Below, one piece after another: positions 40,801 through 52,701 of a DNA stretch of 64,000 nt. The notes under the pieces are model-generated. The model saw only the letters and a list, made by a program, of their open reading frames with translations, ran no database searches and was not told the DNA's origin. Source of the stretch: Octopus vulgaris (taxonomy: Eukaryota); the NCBI GenBank assembly GCA_951406725.2, contig OX597815.1, positions 134,478,001 to 134,542,000 of the forward strand, read 5' to 3'. A program made the translations under genes and the position numbers. Positions within the stretch are counted from its first letter, which is position 1; every line of letters begins with the position of its first letter.

Positions 40801-41893
40801 TACAAGAAAGTGTTATTTCTGTTTTAAAATCCTTCATTCTTTATTTAACTAAACTTATTTCATAATGCACCTCAATCTTTACACACACAAACGCACACAT
40901 TCCGCATACGTATAAACGTGCAGTTATATAATAAATACATACATACATACAAACAAACATACACATACACACACAAATACATACATACATACATGCATAC
41001 ATGCATACATACATACATACATACATACATACATACATACATACATACATACATACATAAAGGAATACCATTACTGATCATTTCTCGTGTAACACGTCAG
41101 AAGTACCCGTGCATAGGGTTATTGCACTCGCGGTTGGATTCACCCGGCTTCCTTGCTCGCCGCGGTGCCTTCCTCCTCGATCGAGTATCGGAAAGTGACT
41201 TTCCAGGCGATTGCGCAGCCTAAAGTTTTAGGTACAATAAGGCTTGCACGACAGCTCACAAAGCCTCTCCACCCTGTCGCCATGTTCCAAAGAAAGGCCA
41301 GGGCAAAATATTCAGTGTCAATATGGGTGGTAGGCTCGGGAATGTGGGAGTGCCATGATCTCAAGCGAAAGCAAAACGTTCCCAAAATGTTTAATACCAT
41401 CCCCTACATATCCAGTCTTGTATCAAAGTGACGTTCTCCATGGGAAATGCTTTAACAAAAGCTTAGAGGTGCCTTCTTCCCAGTGGTCGTCCAGAACGCT
41501 GGACACCGACCCAGAATTTCTGAGTGCTTGTGCTATTGCTAGATAGTCCTTGAACCTACATTAGACCTTTTGACGCGTCCTGGTTTTAGTCCTGGTGGGT
41601 TTCTAGCAACCCTCATCACCAGGCAAGCTTAGTGATTGCTACATGGTTAGTTGGCGACGAAACTACCGTGCAACACGTTGCACTGCATTCCATGTTGCCA
41701 GCAGCACTCACGTAAGGCCTCACAAGTGACCTTACATACATACATGTACATCATATATATTGAGAGAGGAGAGTTTGAGAAAGTCTGCAAGTATATGATG
41801 AATTTCAAATGGGAATAAAACGGATATGTGTGTCTGTATATATATATATATATATAGTATGTGTATGTTGCTCTCCGTTTATTCCCTCTTATG

Positions 41894-41930
41894 TCTTCCT
41901 GCCGAAGAGCGTAGGCTCGAAACGTAAAGA
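41894..41930 (+). ncRNA. Degenerate minimal type I hammerhead ribozyme (PLE terminal-repeat type)
   Basis: tcttc-CTGccGA-a-GAGC(gtag)GCTC-GAAA-CG-TA-aaga. Stem II and the palindromic ACGT stem III are intact, but core A6 is mutated. Confidence 0.55.
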
Positions 41931-42017
41931 AATTTTATATTTCCACGAGCGTCAAATTATTACATTTGCTTACTGTTCATACAAGTGCCTACGCCTTTAT
42001 TTTTCTATAAATTTGAA

Positions 42018-42492
<475 letters not shown>

Positions 42493-43870
42493 TGATTGAT
42501 TGATTGATTGATTGATTCTAGTTTCAGCTTATGAGCTGTGGCCATGCTGGGGCACCGCCATTTGGTGTTGCTACTTGGTTTCACTTCACGAAAGCTTTCT
42601 AGCAACTGCCATTTGGTGCATGAGAGAGTTCGATGCAGCTGCCCTCATCTGCCCCTCCTGCCGTGAAGTTGGTTCATCTGGGACACCTGACAGGAAGAGA
42701 TCCAGCTTCATTTTAAAGACATCTGCATCCACCCCATGCAGGTCTCTCAGGTTCTTCGGGAGGATATTGAAGAGCTGTGGGCCTCGGAAGCCCAGGCTAT
42801 CACAGAATCTTGTCCTACATCTTGATGGCAAGTTTGGAGTCCTAGGCACCACGCAGTGGCGCCCAGTTCTGGCATTTGCGTAACTCTCGATGCCAAAGCT
42901 CAGGACACGTCCCTCCAGGATCTTCCAGATGTATATTATGGCATATCTTTCCCGCCTACGCTCCAGGGAATATAGTTTTAATCTCTTGAGTCTTTCCCAG
43001 TAGCTTACATTCTGCATAGAGGCTATCTTCTTCGTGTAGCTACGTTGGATCGCCTCGAGCTCTGTGATCAACTTGACACTGGATAGTGACCATAACTGAG
43101 AGCAGTAGTCAAAGTGGCTTAGGACAAGTGTCCTCCAGAGGACCATCATGGTTTCTTGTTCTCTTGTTCTAAAGGTTCTGAGGATCCATCCGGCCAGTCG
43201 TCTACATTTCATTGCCAATTTAGCAACATGTACACGAAAGGTCGCGTCATCACTCATGTAAATACCTAGGTCACGCACTGATTGTGCCTCTGGGATTGCT
43301 ATTCCTCCGGGTCCAGTGTATTCATTGGGTATTGCATTTAGTTTTGCATGCTGATAGTATAGAGCTTGAAACTTTTCAGCATTGAACTGCATGCTATTCT
43401 TTTCGGCCCACTTGTATATTTTGTCTAGCTCACATTGCAGGTGTTTAGTGTCCTCAGGGTTCTGTATTGCCTGTGAAACTTTTGTATCATCTGCATAACT
43501 TCTGATCGTGGCTCTCTGCGTGGCTGAGGGCATGTCTGAGAGGGCCATTATGAACAGTAGTGGTCCCAGAACAGTGCCCTGCGGAACACCGCTCACTATT
43601 TGCGTGTTAATGGAAGTGGCCCCATTGGCCACTACCACCTGACTTCTATCTTTCAGAAAGTCATGAAGCCATTCTCCCAGTTTTCCAACTATGTTGAGAT
43701 CACGCAGTTTGTGACATATCATTCCATGATCGACTTTATCAAAGGCCTTTGCAAAGTCGAGATATATCACTTCCACATTTGAGTGGTTGAGCAGCCGTTT
43801 CAGCACCCAGTCATAGTGTTGTAGGAGCTGAGTTAAACAGCTTCTCCCTGGTCGGAAACCATGTTGGGTG
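42493..43870 (-). mobile_element. 5'-truncated, young CR1/L2-group LINE with uninterrupted RT frame
   Basis: ORF 42586-43926 has QHGFRPGRSCLTQLL, YLDFAKAFDKVDH, SGVPQGTVLGPLLF and YADDTK. Short 3' UTR and (ATCA)n tail at 42493-42517. Confidence 0.93.
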
Positions 43871-44073
43871 TCGAGAGTTACGCAAATGCCAGAACTGGGC
43901 GCCACTGACTCCAAACTTGCCATCAAATTATTACATTTGCTTACTGTTCATACAATTTTTCTATAAATTTGAACTAATATATATATATCCCCGATGTAAA
44001 CGGTAAAACTAAGCACGTGTCTGTCTTGACACAGAGAGCTGGGGTTAGTTTTACAGTTTGCATCTCGATGACC

Positions 44074-44152
44074 GAATGTACTGATGAAGTCACGGACATT
44101 TGAATTATGTAAGTAATTCTTTTGTTAAAGACCGAAACCGAGGTATGCATTT
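44074..44152 (+). ncRNA. Type I hammerhead ribozyme (GUA site, cleavage predicted after 44145)
   Basis: Stem I gaatgta/tgcattt, CTGATGA at 44081-87, long stem II (gtc/gac, gaca/tgtt, gaattat/gtaattc), GAAA at 44134-37, minimal stem III CC-GA-GG, then TA. Confidence 0.78.
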
Positions 44153-44619
44153 AAGTCTGTTTTTTATTTAAATTTTCATATGTCCTGCCCGCCAAATTTG
44201 GTTCTGGTGTTCGCTGAATTCTTCCTCTAGAGAATTTCCCTTGTAGTTTGATCGTTGATGATCTCTTTCTAGCATTCGGCCGGCTACCTAGCAGGCCAGC
44301 CCTGCCTATATACACATATATTAGAATTTTCCCTGACTTCTCAGATTTTTTGAATGCTGGACTACTGGTTTTAAATTGATATTAAAATTAATATTAATTT
44401 ATCTCCCTCATTACTTAAATATTGAAATAAATACGTTCCCTAGTAGTAAGCACTAACCGCAGTGAATTATTCACTGCAGTCCTTCGCTTCAGGAATTTCT
44501 TAGCGCGCCGGAACCAAGACATTTGAAATTTTATCCCCGATGTAAACGGTAAAACTAAGCACGTGTCTGTCTTGACACAGAAAGCTGGGGTTAGTTTTAC
44601 AGATTGCATCTCGATGACC

Positions 44620-44698
44620 GAATGTACTGATGAAGTCACGGACATTTGAATTATGTAAGTAATTCTTTTGTTAAAGACCGAAACCGAGGTATGCATTT
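44620..44698 (+). ncRNA. Type I hammerhead ribozyme, second tandem copy
   Basis: Same sequence as 44074-44152, shifted by 546 bp. Confidence 0.78.
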
Positions 44699-44959
44699 AA
44701 GTCTGTTTTTTATTTAAATTTTCATATGTCCTGCACGCCAAATTTGGTTCTGGTGTTCGCTGAATTCTTCCTCTAGAGAATTTCCCTTGTAGTTTGATCG
44801 TTGATGATCTCTTTCTAGCATTCGGCCGGCTACCTAGCAGGCCAGCCCTGCCTATATACACATATATTAGAATTTTCCCTGACTTCTCAGATTTTTTGAA
44901 TGCTGGACTACTGGTTTTAAATTGATATTAAAATTAATATTAATTTATCTCCCTCATTA

Positions 44960-44996
<37 letters not shown>

Positions 44997-45014
44997 GTAT
45001 TTATATTTATATTT

Positions 45015-45472
45015 AAAATGAGTGTGAGAAATTAGATATTAATTTAATTAACATCGATTTCACACCAGTGGTCTAGCATATAAAAAGACTGAAGATTCAG
45101 TAAAATTGTATTATATACATATTAGAGGGAAATCGCTATGTGGACACACTTATGCTAGAAATAGATCCGCTATGGTCTTACCACTAAGATTTGTTCTCAA
45201 GAAAAATTTAGCAAAACAACCAAAACGTAATGGAGCAAGACAAAAGAAAAAGTAATAAAAATATGGATTATTCACATACATGTTTCACTATTAACATATT
45301 ACGTAATTTTACTTACGTAAATGTCCGTAGATCATCGGTGTGACCGTCCAGATGAATATAATTTGCAGGATTGCATACTAGGACGTCCGCACAAAGTCAG
45401 ACTTGTAAACAGTTCTTACCCATTACACTCGTGGTTACTATTTCAAATGTCCTCATTTTGGCGCGCTAAATT
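45015..45472 (-). mobile_element. Diverged relative of the 546 bp hammerhead element, opposite orientation
   Basis: Minus strand shares ttagcgcgcc..gacatttgaaat, cggacattt, tttctagcat and atgct.gac.actggt..aaattaatat with 43989-44963. Bounded by TA-rich repeats. Confidence 0.75.
45272..45343 (-). ncRNA. Type I hammerhead ribozyme with CCGAUGA core variant (GUA site)
   Basis: Minus strand reads tcaca-CCGATGA-t-cta..acgtaa(gtaaaa)ttacgt..tag-t-GAAA-CATG-TA-tgtga. Perfect 5 bp stem I and palindromic stem III. Confidence 0.72.
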
Positions 45473-45668
45473 ATGTATATATGTATATATATGTGTATAT
45501 ATGTATGTATATGAATATGTGTATATGTATGTATGTGTTTATGTATATATATATATATATATGTATATATATGTATGTGTATATGTATATATATATGTAT
45601 GTATATATGTGCGTATATATATATATGTATGTGTATATGAATATATATATATGTGTATATGTATATGG

Positions 45669-45699
<31 letters not shown>

Positions 45700-45883
45700 T
45701 ATATGTATATATATATGTATATATATTTATGTATATATATATATATATGTATGTATGTGTATATGTATATATATATATATATGTATATGTATATATATAT
45801 ATGTATTTATGTGTATATGTATATATATATAAGTATATATATATATATGTGTATATATATGTATGTGTATATGTATATATAAA

Positions 45884-46215
45884 GACCCCCTTCGGTCATG
45901 AATGACCATGGGATTGCACCTAGAAAGTTACCCTTCTAGACACAAGTCCGGGCAAGGTTGTTTATGGAAGACCAGCAGTCACCCATGTATACCAGCCTCC
46001 CTCTCCACGCCACCAGTGTTATCCAAGGGAAAGACAAAGGTCGATACAGCTTGGCACCAGTGACGTCGCAACTCATTTCTACAGCTGAGTGAACTGGAGC
46101 AACGTGAAATAAAGTGCCTTGCTCAAGAACACAACAAGCAGCCCGGTCCGGGATTCGAGCTCACAACCTCACGATCGTAAGCTCGACGCTCTAACCACTG
46201 AGCCATGCGCCTTCA
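45884..46215 (-). mobile_element. Young tRNA-derived SINE, family C
   Basis: Minus strand ggcgcatggctcagtggttagagc (A box)..gagctcgaatcccgg (B-box-like), then gtgttcttgagcaaggcacttta, and a 3' tail ending catgaccgaagggggtc. Inserted in TA-rich repeats. Confidence 0.85.
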
Positions 46216-46227
46216 CATGTATATATA

Positions 46228-46547
46228 TAAAATCCTTTCTATGGTTGTGTGGTAAGAAGCTTGCTTCCCAGCCATAAACACATACATATATGTATACATA
46301 TATATACATATACACTTATATATACATATATATATATATACACATACATACATATATATATATACATATATATATATGATATATATATGTATATATATAT
46401 CATATATATATGTATATATATATGTATGTATGTGTATATATATATATATGTATATATAAGTGTATATGTATATATATGTATACATATATGTATGTGTTTA
46501 TGGCTGGGAAGCAAGCTTCTTACCACACAACCATAGAAAGGATTTTA
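46228..46547. repeat. 320 bp near-perfect palindrome (SINE A head fragment plus TA-rich arms)
   Basis: taaaatcctttctatggttgtgtggtaagaagcttgcttcccagcc.. is mirrored exactly at 46500-46547. ORFs on both strands start identically. Centre near 46387. Confidence 0.92.
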
Positions 46548-47003
46548 CAAATTTAGTAAAATTTAATAAAATCTTCATTATTTTCCAAATTAACTGAAGC
46601 AAAAATCAATGTTTTCATCCGAAATCTGATAATGACAGAGTTAACATCGTGACCTGACACCATGAGTGCCTTTAGCGGGTCTTCGTTGTTAGAAGCCTTC
46701 AGGGTAAGTCTCCAGGATAAGTATATACATTTCTTTCCTTTCTTTCATTTGTCTCGAAGGCTTTCTAAAAAGTCATAGGAACTGTGTTTTTTTCCTGACT
46801 GAAAGATAAAAAAGAAAAAAAAAACATTTAAATTTGTCCAGTGCCATGGCGAAGTAAGAAGTATACTATGGATGTAATCTCTATCCTGTCTTCTCATCTT
46901 TAACCCATAATAACCTAGGTTAACCCTGTCGAAATTTTGAAGATAGTTACATAAATAGGGATAGCAAACATACGGAAGCGTCCAGTTAACCTATGCAATA
47001 CTA

Positions 47004-47610
47004 TATCTAGGTATTTCATCTTTCAGATGTTCTCCCTGAAGGTAAGACAATTTTTTTCAAGTTTGTTGCACACACGCATTTTTGCTAGTACATACGCGGT
47101 GAAGCTATACATTAGCGTCGTATTTATTACGTTCGCTATTTTCCAGTAAATATCGGTACTTCGTTGTGCCATATATTTACTTCTATGTATAATTTTCCCT
47201 AACGAGCTATTCTTTACTGGAAAGCAATACTCTCGTATTGCATTACTATTTTTATTGAAACTTCTTCACCGTTCTCGTTCTGTCAGCGTTTTGGCGTTTC
47301 AGTAGAGTGTATTGGCATTAATGTGGCAACATCTGAAATGTTGTCGGGTATATGTTGGCTGATGAAGATAAATCAAGTATATGTGTGCAGACATATCTTG
47401 AAAAATCTGAAACTGGTCCCACATTATCCCTATCTAGGTATTTCATTTTTCAGATGTTCTCCCTGGAGGTAAGACAATTTTTTTCAAGTTAGTTGCACAC
47501 ACGCATTTTTGCTAGTACATACGCGGTGAAGCTATACATTAGCGTTGTATTTATTATGTTCGCTATTTTCCAGTAAATATCGGTACTTCGTTGTGCCATA
47601 TATTTATTTC

Positions 47611-47618
<8 letters not shown>
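47004..47618 (+). mobile_element. Second non-coding partial tandem element (427 bp period, ~1.4 units) with a hammerhead
   Basis: 47004-47191 is repeated at 47431-47618 and runs into (TA)n. Confidence 0.8.
47352..47424 (+). ncRNA. Type I hammerhead ribozyme (GUC site, cleavage predicted after 47418)
   Basis: atgttgg-CTGATGA-agat..tcaag.atatgt(gtgcag)acatat-cttga..atct-GAAA-CTG-GTC-ccacat. Canonical core, extended stem II, stem I with one bulge. Confidence 0.85.
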
Positions 47619-47675
<57 letters not shown>

Positions 47676-47677
<2 letters not shown>

Positions 47678-48070
47678 TTTTATTCTTTTATTTGTTTCAG
47701 GTCATCTGACTGCGGTCGTGCTGGAGCACCGTCTTTGGACGAACAAATCGACCCCAGGACTTATTCTTTGTGAGCCTAATACTTATTCTATCGGACACTA
47801 TTGCCGAAACGCGAAGTTACGGGGACGTAAATACACCAACATCGGTTATAAAGTGACAGTAGGGAGACAAATACACACACACACACACACACACATACAT
47901 ATATATACGACGGGCTTCTTTCAGTTTCTGTCTACCAAATCCACTCACAAGGCTTTGGTTGACTCGCAGCTATAGTAGAAGACACTTACTCAAGGTGCTA
48001 CGCAATGGAACTGAATCCGGAACCATGTGGTTGGGAAGCAAGCTTCTTACCACACAGTCACGTCTGTGCC
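47676..48070 (-). mobile_element. SINE family A, full length
   Basis: Reverse complement of the head, core and tail. Further minus-strand copies at 49405-49810, 62190-62500, 62555-63010 and 63430-63870. Confidence 0.88.
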
Positions 48071-48102
48071 TATATATACATACATACATACACACACACA
48101 TA

Positions 48103-48174
<72 letters not shown>

Positions 48175-48176
48175 CA

Positions 48177-48207
<31 letters not shown>

Positions 48208-48215
48208 TATTATTA

Positions 48216-48606
48216 TTAGCAGTATCGCCCGGCGTTGCTCGAGTTTGTTTCGACACTTTAGAATTGGAATTTTTGAAAAGTAAAAGTTTTGCATTATGTA
48301 GCTTGTTATTCTCTTTAAGTGAACATTTTTCTTGTTGAAATACACCGAAGAATGGTGACACAGCAGTAAAAAAATCGTAAAAATAGGGATTTTCATAGAG
48401 AAAAAGCATCTTTTTGATGTAAATAATTTTTGGTGTTAACATGGTCCGATTTGAATTTTTTTCTTCTACGGAAGGAAGAGCAAGACTTTCTCCTATCATA
48501 CTCTCAATTTTGGTCAACTTGCACCGCAGGGTCTCGGAGGAGATCACGTTAGTTGAAGGCTACCAAACCTGCCATACACAGACAACTTCAGCTTTATATA
48601 TAGAGA
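48216..48606 (-). mobile_element. Non-autonomous Helitron
   Basis: Minus strand begins a|TCtctatatataaagc and ends with hairpin ctcgagcaacgccggg about 10 nt before CTA(A/G)|t. Confidence 0.72.
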
Positions 48607-49298
48607 TAAATGTCAAGTTTGTGTGTTTGTGAATTTGTTACTTTAACTTCTTCAAGACTATCCAACAGACCTTGATGAAACTTGACACGTGTGGTGGGGC
48701 TTATGCCTATGCGATCACTTACGCACTTGGAATTTTTTAAAAATTGATTTTTAATCAGCATCGATTTTTCAAAAATCTAAAAATTTTGGCATTTTTCGCA
48801 TTAGCCATCGTAACATCAATTTAACGGAAAATGCCGAAATTTGACGAAAAATGTTTCATGGGTATAAACAGACAGTTTATTAACGGTAATCTATTTAGCA
48901 TTTGCTAATTCTTCATTTCAATGCAAATTGTTTCGATTTGCTAAAACTTATTCTTTCAATTCCCCAGCGTTTCAGGTTTTGATCAGGTAAGAGCATTTTA
49001 TTTCTCAAGCAAAATTTAGGCATTTTGTGTACTAGCCGTCGTGACATCAATTTGACGAAATCTGCCCCAAAGCATAAAATTTCGCCATTTTACGTACATG
49101 CACAAAAATGACGACGACACGGGTTCGCTACCAGACTCTGTTAATTTTTTCATCAAATTCGTCCTACCTATTAATATAGGTTTTAAATTTTTGAAAACTG
49201 TCGAAATTTGACGAAAAATGTTTCATGGCTATAAACAGACATCATAAGCTGGCCCACGAATACCTGTAACGAAGCAAGCATTCGGGTCAGGCCTTGTC
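48607..49298 (+). mobile_element. Probable second Helitron-like non-autonomous element with internal duplications
   Basis: Starts aaatgtcaagtttgtgtgtttgt..gatgaaacttgacac, resembling a Helitron/DINE-like 5' region. cgaaatttgacgaaaaatgtttcatgg.tataaacagaca is duplicated at about 48835 and 49202. Confidence 0.45.
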
Positions 49299-50706
49299 CG
49301 TCTTGTTCTCCCAACCGTCTCGAAGAACCAGAAAGAGAGGAAAATAAAATAAAATAAAAAGGACGGTCACTGCCCTTAGTCCTCTCACTAAGCCTTTTCT
49401 CTTTTTTTTTGTACTTGTTTCAGTCATTTGATTGCAGCCATGATAGGGCAACGCCTTAAAGTGTTTTAGTCGAATAAATCGACCCCAGGACTTGTTTAAA
49501 AACCTGCTATTTATTCTGTCGGTCTCTTTTTGCCGAACCGCTAGGTTACGGGGACGTAAACACACCAGTACTGGTTGTCAAGCGGTGGTGGGGGAGAACA
49601 CAGATATAAAGACACACACACACACACACACACAAACGCATATACAACGGAATGCTTTCAGTTTCCGTCTACCAAATCCACTCACAAATGTTTGGTCAGC
49701 ACGAGGCTATAGTAGAAGATATTTGCCCAAGGTGCCACACAGTGGAACTGAACTTGGAACCATGTAGTTGGGAAGCTAGCTTCTTACCACACAGCCACCC
49801 CTATGCCTATACCTAAAAAAAAAAAAAAAAAAAAAAATTCTTTTTAAAGATTAAAAAAAAAAGCTCGCGGCAGAGGGACGACAAGGCAGGTACAGTTTAA
49901 AGCCGTGATTTTAACGGAAAATTTACAAAGCAGAATACGAAACAAAGAATATATATATGAAAAAAAAAAAAAATTAAAAAATAAAGGAAAAGGTAGACGA
50001 AGGTATTTATATAAATGTCCTTTACCCTATCACTCATAGTCATCATATCGAATATTCTATTCCTTCACCTTTCAATTCTAAGTTTTGTTCCAGCTCTTGT
50101 ATCGTGTTTTTGAAATATTATTGTACGTAAATAAACGTTTACCTTTTATCTTTATTTCTTTACTTTTATTTTTATGGGCGTATTACTTGTTTGCTTCTTA
50201 TGCTGAGCCCACCACCCCCACTATCTACAACACCACCACCACCACCACCAGGACTACCATCAAAAACATCACCGCCATCACCGCCCGCGTCACGATCCAA
50301 TATTGTGTATGTGTGTGTGTGGTTTATTTATTTTTTTTGTTTAGTAGTGTTCGTTCGTTTTGATTTTTTTTTTTCTTCTTCCCATTTAACGTCTCTATGT
50401 TTGCTGCTGCCGTGGTTTGTGAAAACGAAGACAAGCGACTTGCAGGTTTGCGGTACATTGTGGCGCCGAGACGCCGGGTATGAAGTCTAGTTTGAGTATA
50501 GGACACTATCAAACTGTACTAAGTAGCCGACACCTAAGGTCATTTGGTGCTCATACACGAACACACACACACACACACACATATTGATTCATACATACGC
50601 ATACACAGATTGCGCGCGCAGACACACGTACATTCATAAGCATGCACTCACAATCACACCGAAGAAATAACATCACACTTTCATATAATTATGTGTGTAT
50701 GCGCGC

Positions 50707-50752
<46 letters not shown>

Positions 50753-51287
50753 TCTTGTACGTGGTCAGCTACCCCCACATGTCCACATACACATATTTAC
50801 ACACACACACACACACACATACATATATGTATGTATGTATACACATTGGAAATTGATTTTTGTGATCACTGTATGGTGTTTTCGATAACCATTATCGGCT
50901 GATAACATTAAGCGAATAAAGAGTTGGGGACTTATAAATATTGATAAAAATAACCGGTCAAAGTTAACTATGATTATAATAACCGGATTCCACTACATAT
51001 GACTACACATGTCTGTACACACACACGCACACATGTATGTATGTATGTATGTATGTATGTATGTATGTATGTATGTATGTGTATGTATGTATGTACGCAC
51101 GTATGTATGTATGTATGTATGTATGTATGTATGTATGTATGTATGTATGCATGCATGCATGTACATACGTATGTATGTATGTATGTATGTATGTATGTAT
51201 GTATGTATGTATGTATAAGACTAGCATGGCCACAACCTCCGGGCTGAAACGCATAAAGAATATATATATTTATGTGCACACTCTTTC

Positions 51288-51318
<31 letters not shown>

Positions 51319-52701
51319 ATTTCTCTCTCTCTCTCTTTCTCTATGTAAGTATCTGTCAATCTTTACCTTACACAGACACACATACCGTTGTATGTGTTTA
51401 ACTACATATTAACACACACATTTAAGTCTGTTCTTTCAGTCTTCGTTTACTTTTGTTTATGACAAGTTGTATATGTACCCGCTCATTATACACAAACACA
51501 CCATACCATACCTTGGAGCAATTCGGGTACCCAGCCACCCTTCTGCAATCCTCTCTTTCTCTCTCTCCAAACGTCAGTCTTCCAACAGCTATTGCCTGCG
51601 CCCCCTATACATATCACGACCACCGTCACCACCGCCACGACAACGACGACGATGACCACCACCACCACCACCACCACCACCACCACCACCACCACCACCA
51701 CCACCACCACCATTATTACTTCTAACATCAGCAGTCTTTTAACAGCTGACGCTTGCCCCCTAATTATAAGAGGGATCTAAGTGGATGTTCGATCTTCTAG
51801 AAATATCCATTATTCCTGTTATCTCTTCTTTCACGCCATTAAAAGAAATGAATAGGCACATTGCATAATGTAATCACTAAAAAAAAAAAAGAAAAAGATG
51901 TGGTTATGATCGAAATGTCTTTGATCATCGGTCTGTTCACTCAATGCTGACTTGGGGTTAAAACATTAACAGCAGTCTTCTCGCAAAAGACTTAGTGAAG
52001 CATCATCAATCCATGAGTCGGTTGACCCCTACCAAAATTTAGAAAAAAAAAAACAAACACGAAAGCTTCTGCATCCTACCACCCTCGGAACATCCCCTTC
52101 CTCAACACGATCACCACCTCTCATTTGCCCCCTACCACCCTCGGAACATCCCCTTCCTCAACACGATCACCACCCCTCCTTTGCCCCTACCACCAATCAC
52201 TCCCCAAACCGCCACCACCACAAACGCCGCCACCACCACCACCACCACCACCACTATCATTACTATCATCACCACCAACACCAACAACACTACCATCATA
52301 AACACTAACCATCATCAACCACAATCTCCCTATTCAGGGCCACGCGACCAGCAAAAATCTTTCTCAAACCAAGCCTTACGATCTTTTAAAAGGACATTGA
52401 ATAATGCTACCTACAGTAGGTTACATTTAAAAGCAGGATTAGAGAGTCATGGTTGGAATCCGTTTAATCAGATGTGTGCTCGATCACGACAGTCACTGCT
52501 TTTTAAGGTGAGGGCGTGACAGTATTTTGATGAGGCGCGGATTAGTTCAGAATGGGGCGTAACTAAATAACAAGTGAATACAAAATACAACTTACAATAA
52601 AGTTTTAATTAAAATTTCTTTTGTACACACACACACACAAGAATTTTTTGCGTAATAAAAAATCAAGGCTGTGTAGATACTAGAGCATTTATAGATAGAA
52701 A

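Larger units (their letters stand above)
43989..44963 (+). mobile_element. Non-coding partial tandem element (546 bp period, ~1.8 units) with hammerheads; retrozyme/pLTR-like
   Basis: 43989-44417 and 44535-44963 are near-identical direct repeats with a 117 bp spacer and (TA)n on both sides. Confidence 0.8.

Noticed and set aside
42586-43926. 446 aa ORF as a host gene or complete RT gene
   Set aside because: It is a 5'-truncated LINE ORF2 without the endonuclease, and its start codons come from the inverted junction fragment.
46130-46215. tRNA gene on the minus strand
   Set aside because: A/B boxes run directly into a SINE body, with no proper cloverleaf end or terminator.
50461-50478. tggcgccgagacgccggg resembling an LTR primer-binding site
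   Set aside because: Not preceded by an LTR ending in CA, and no gag/pol follows.
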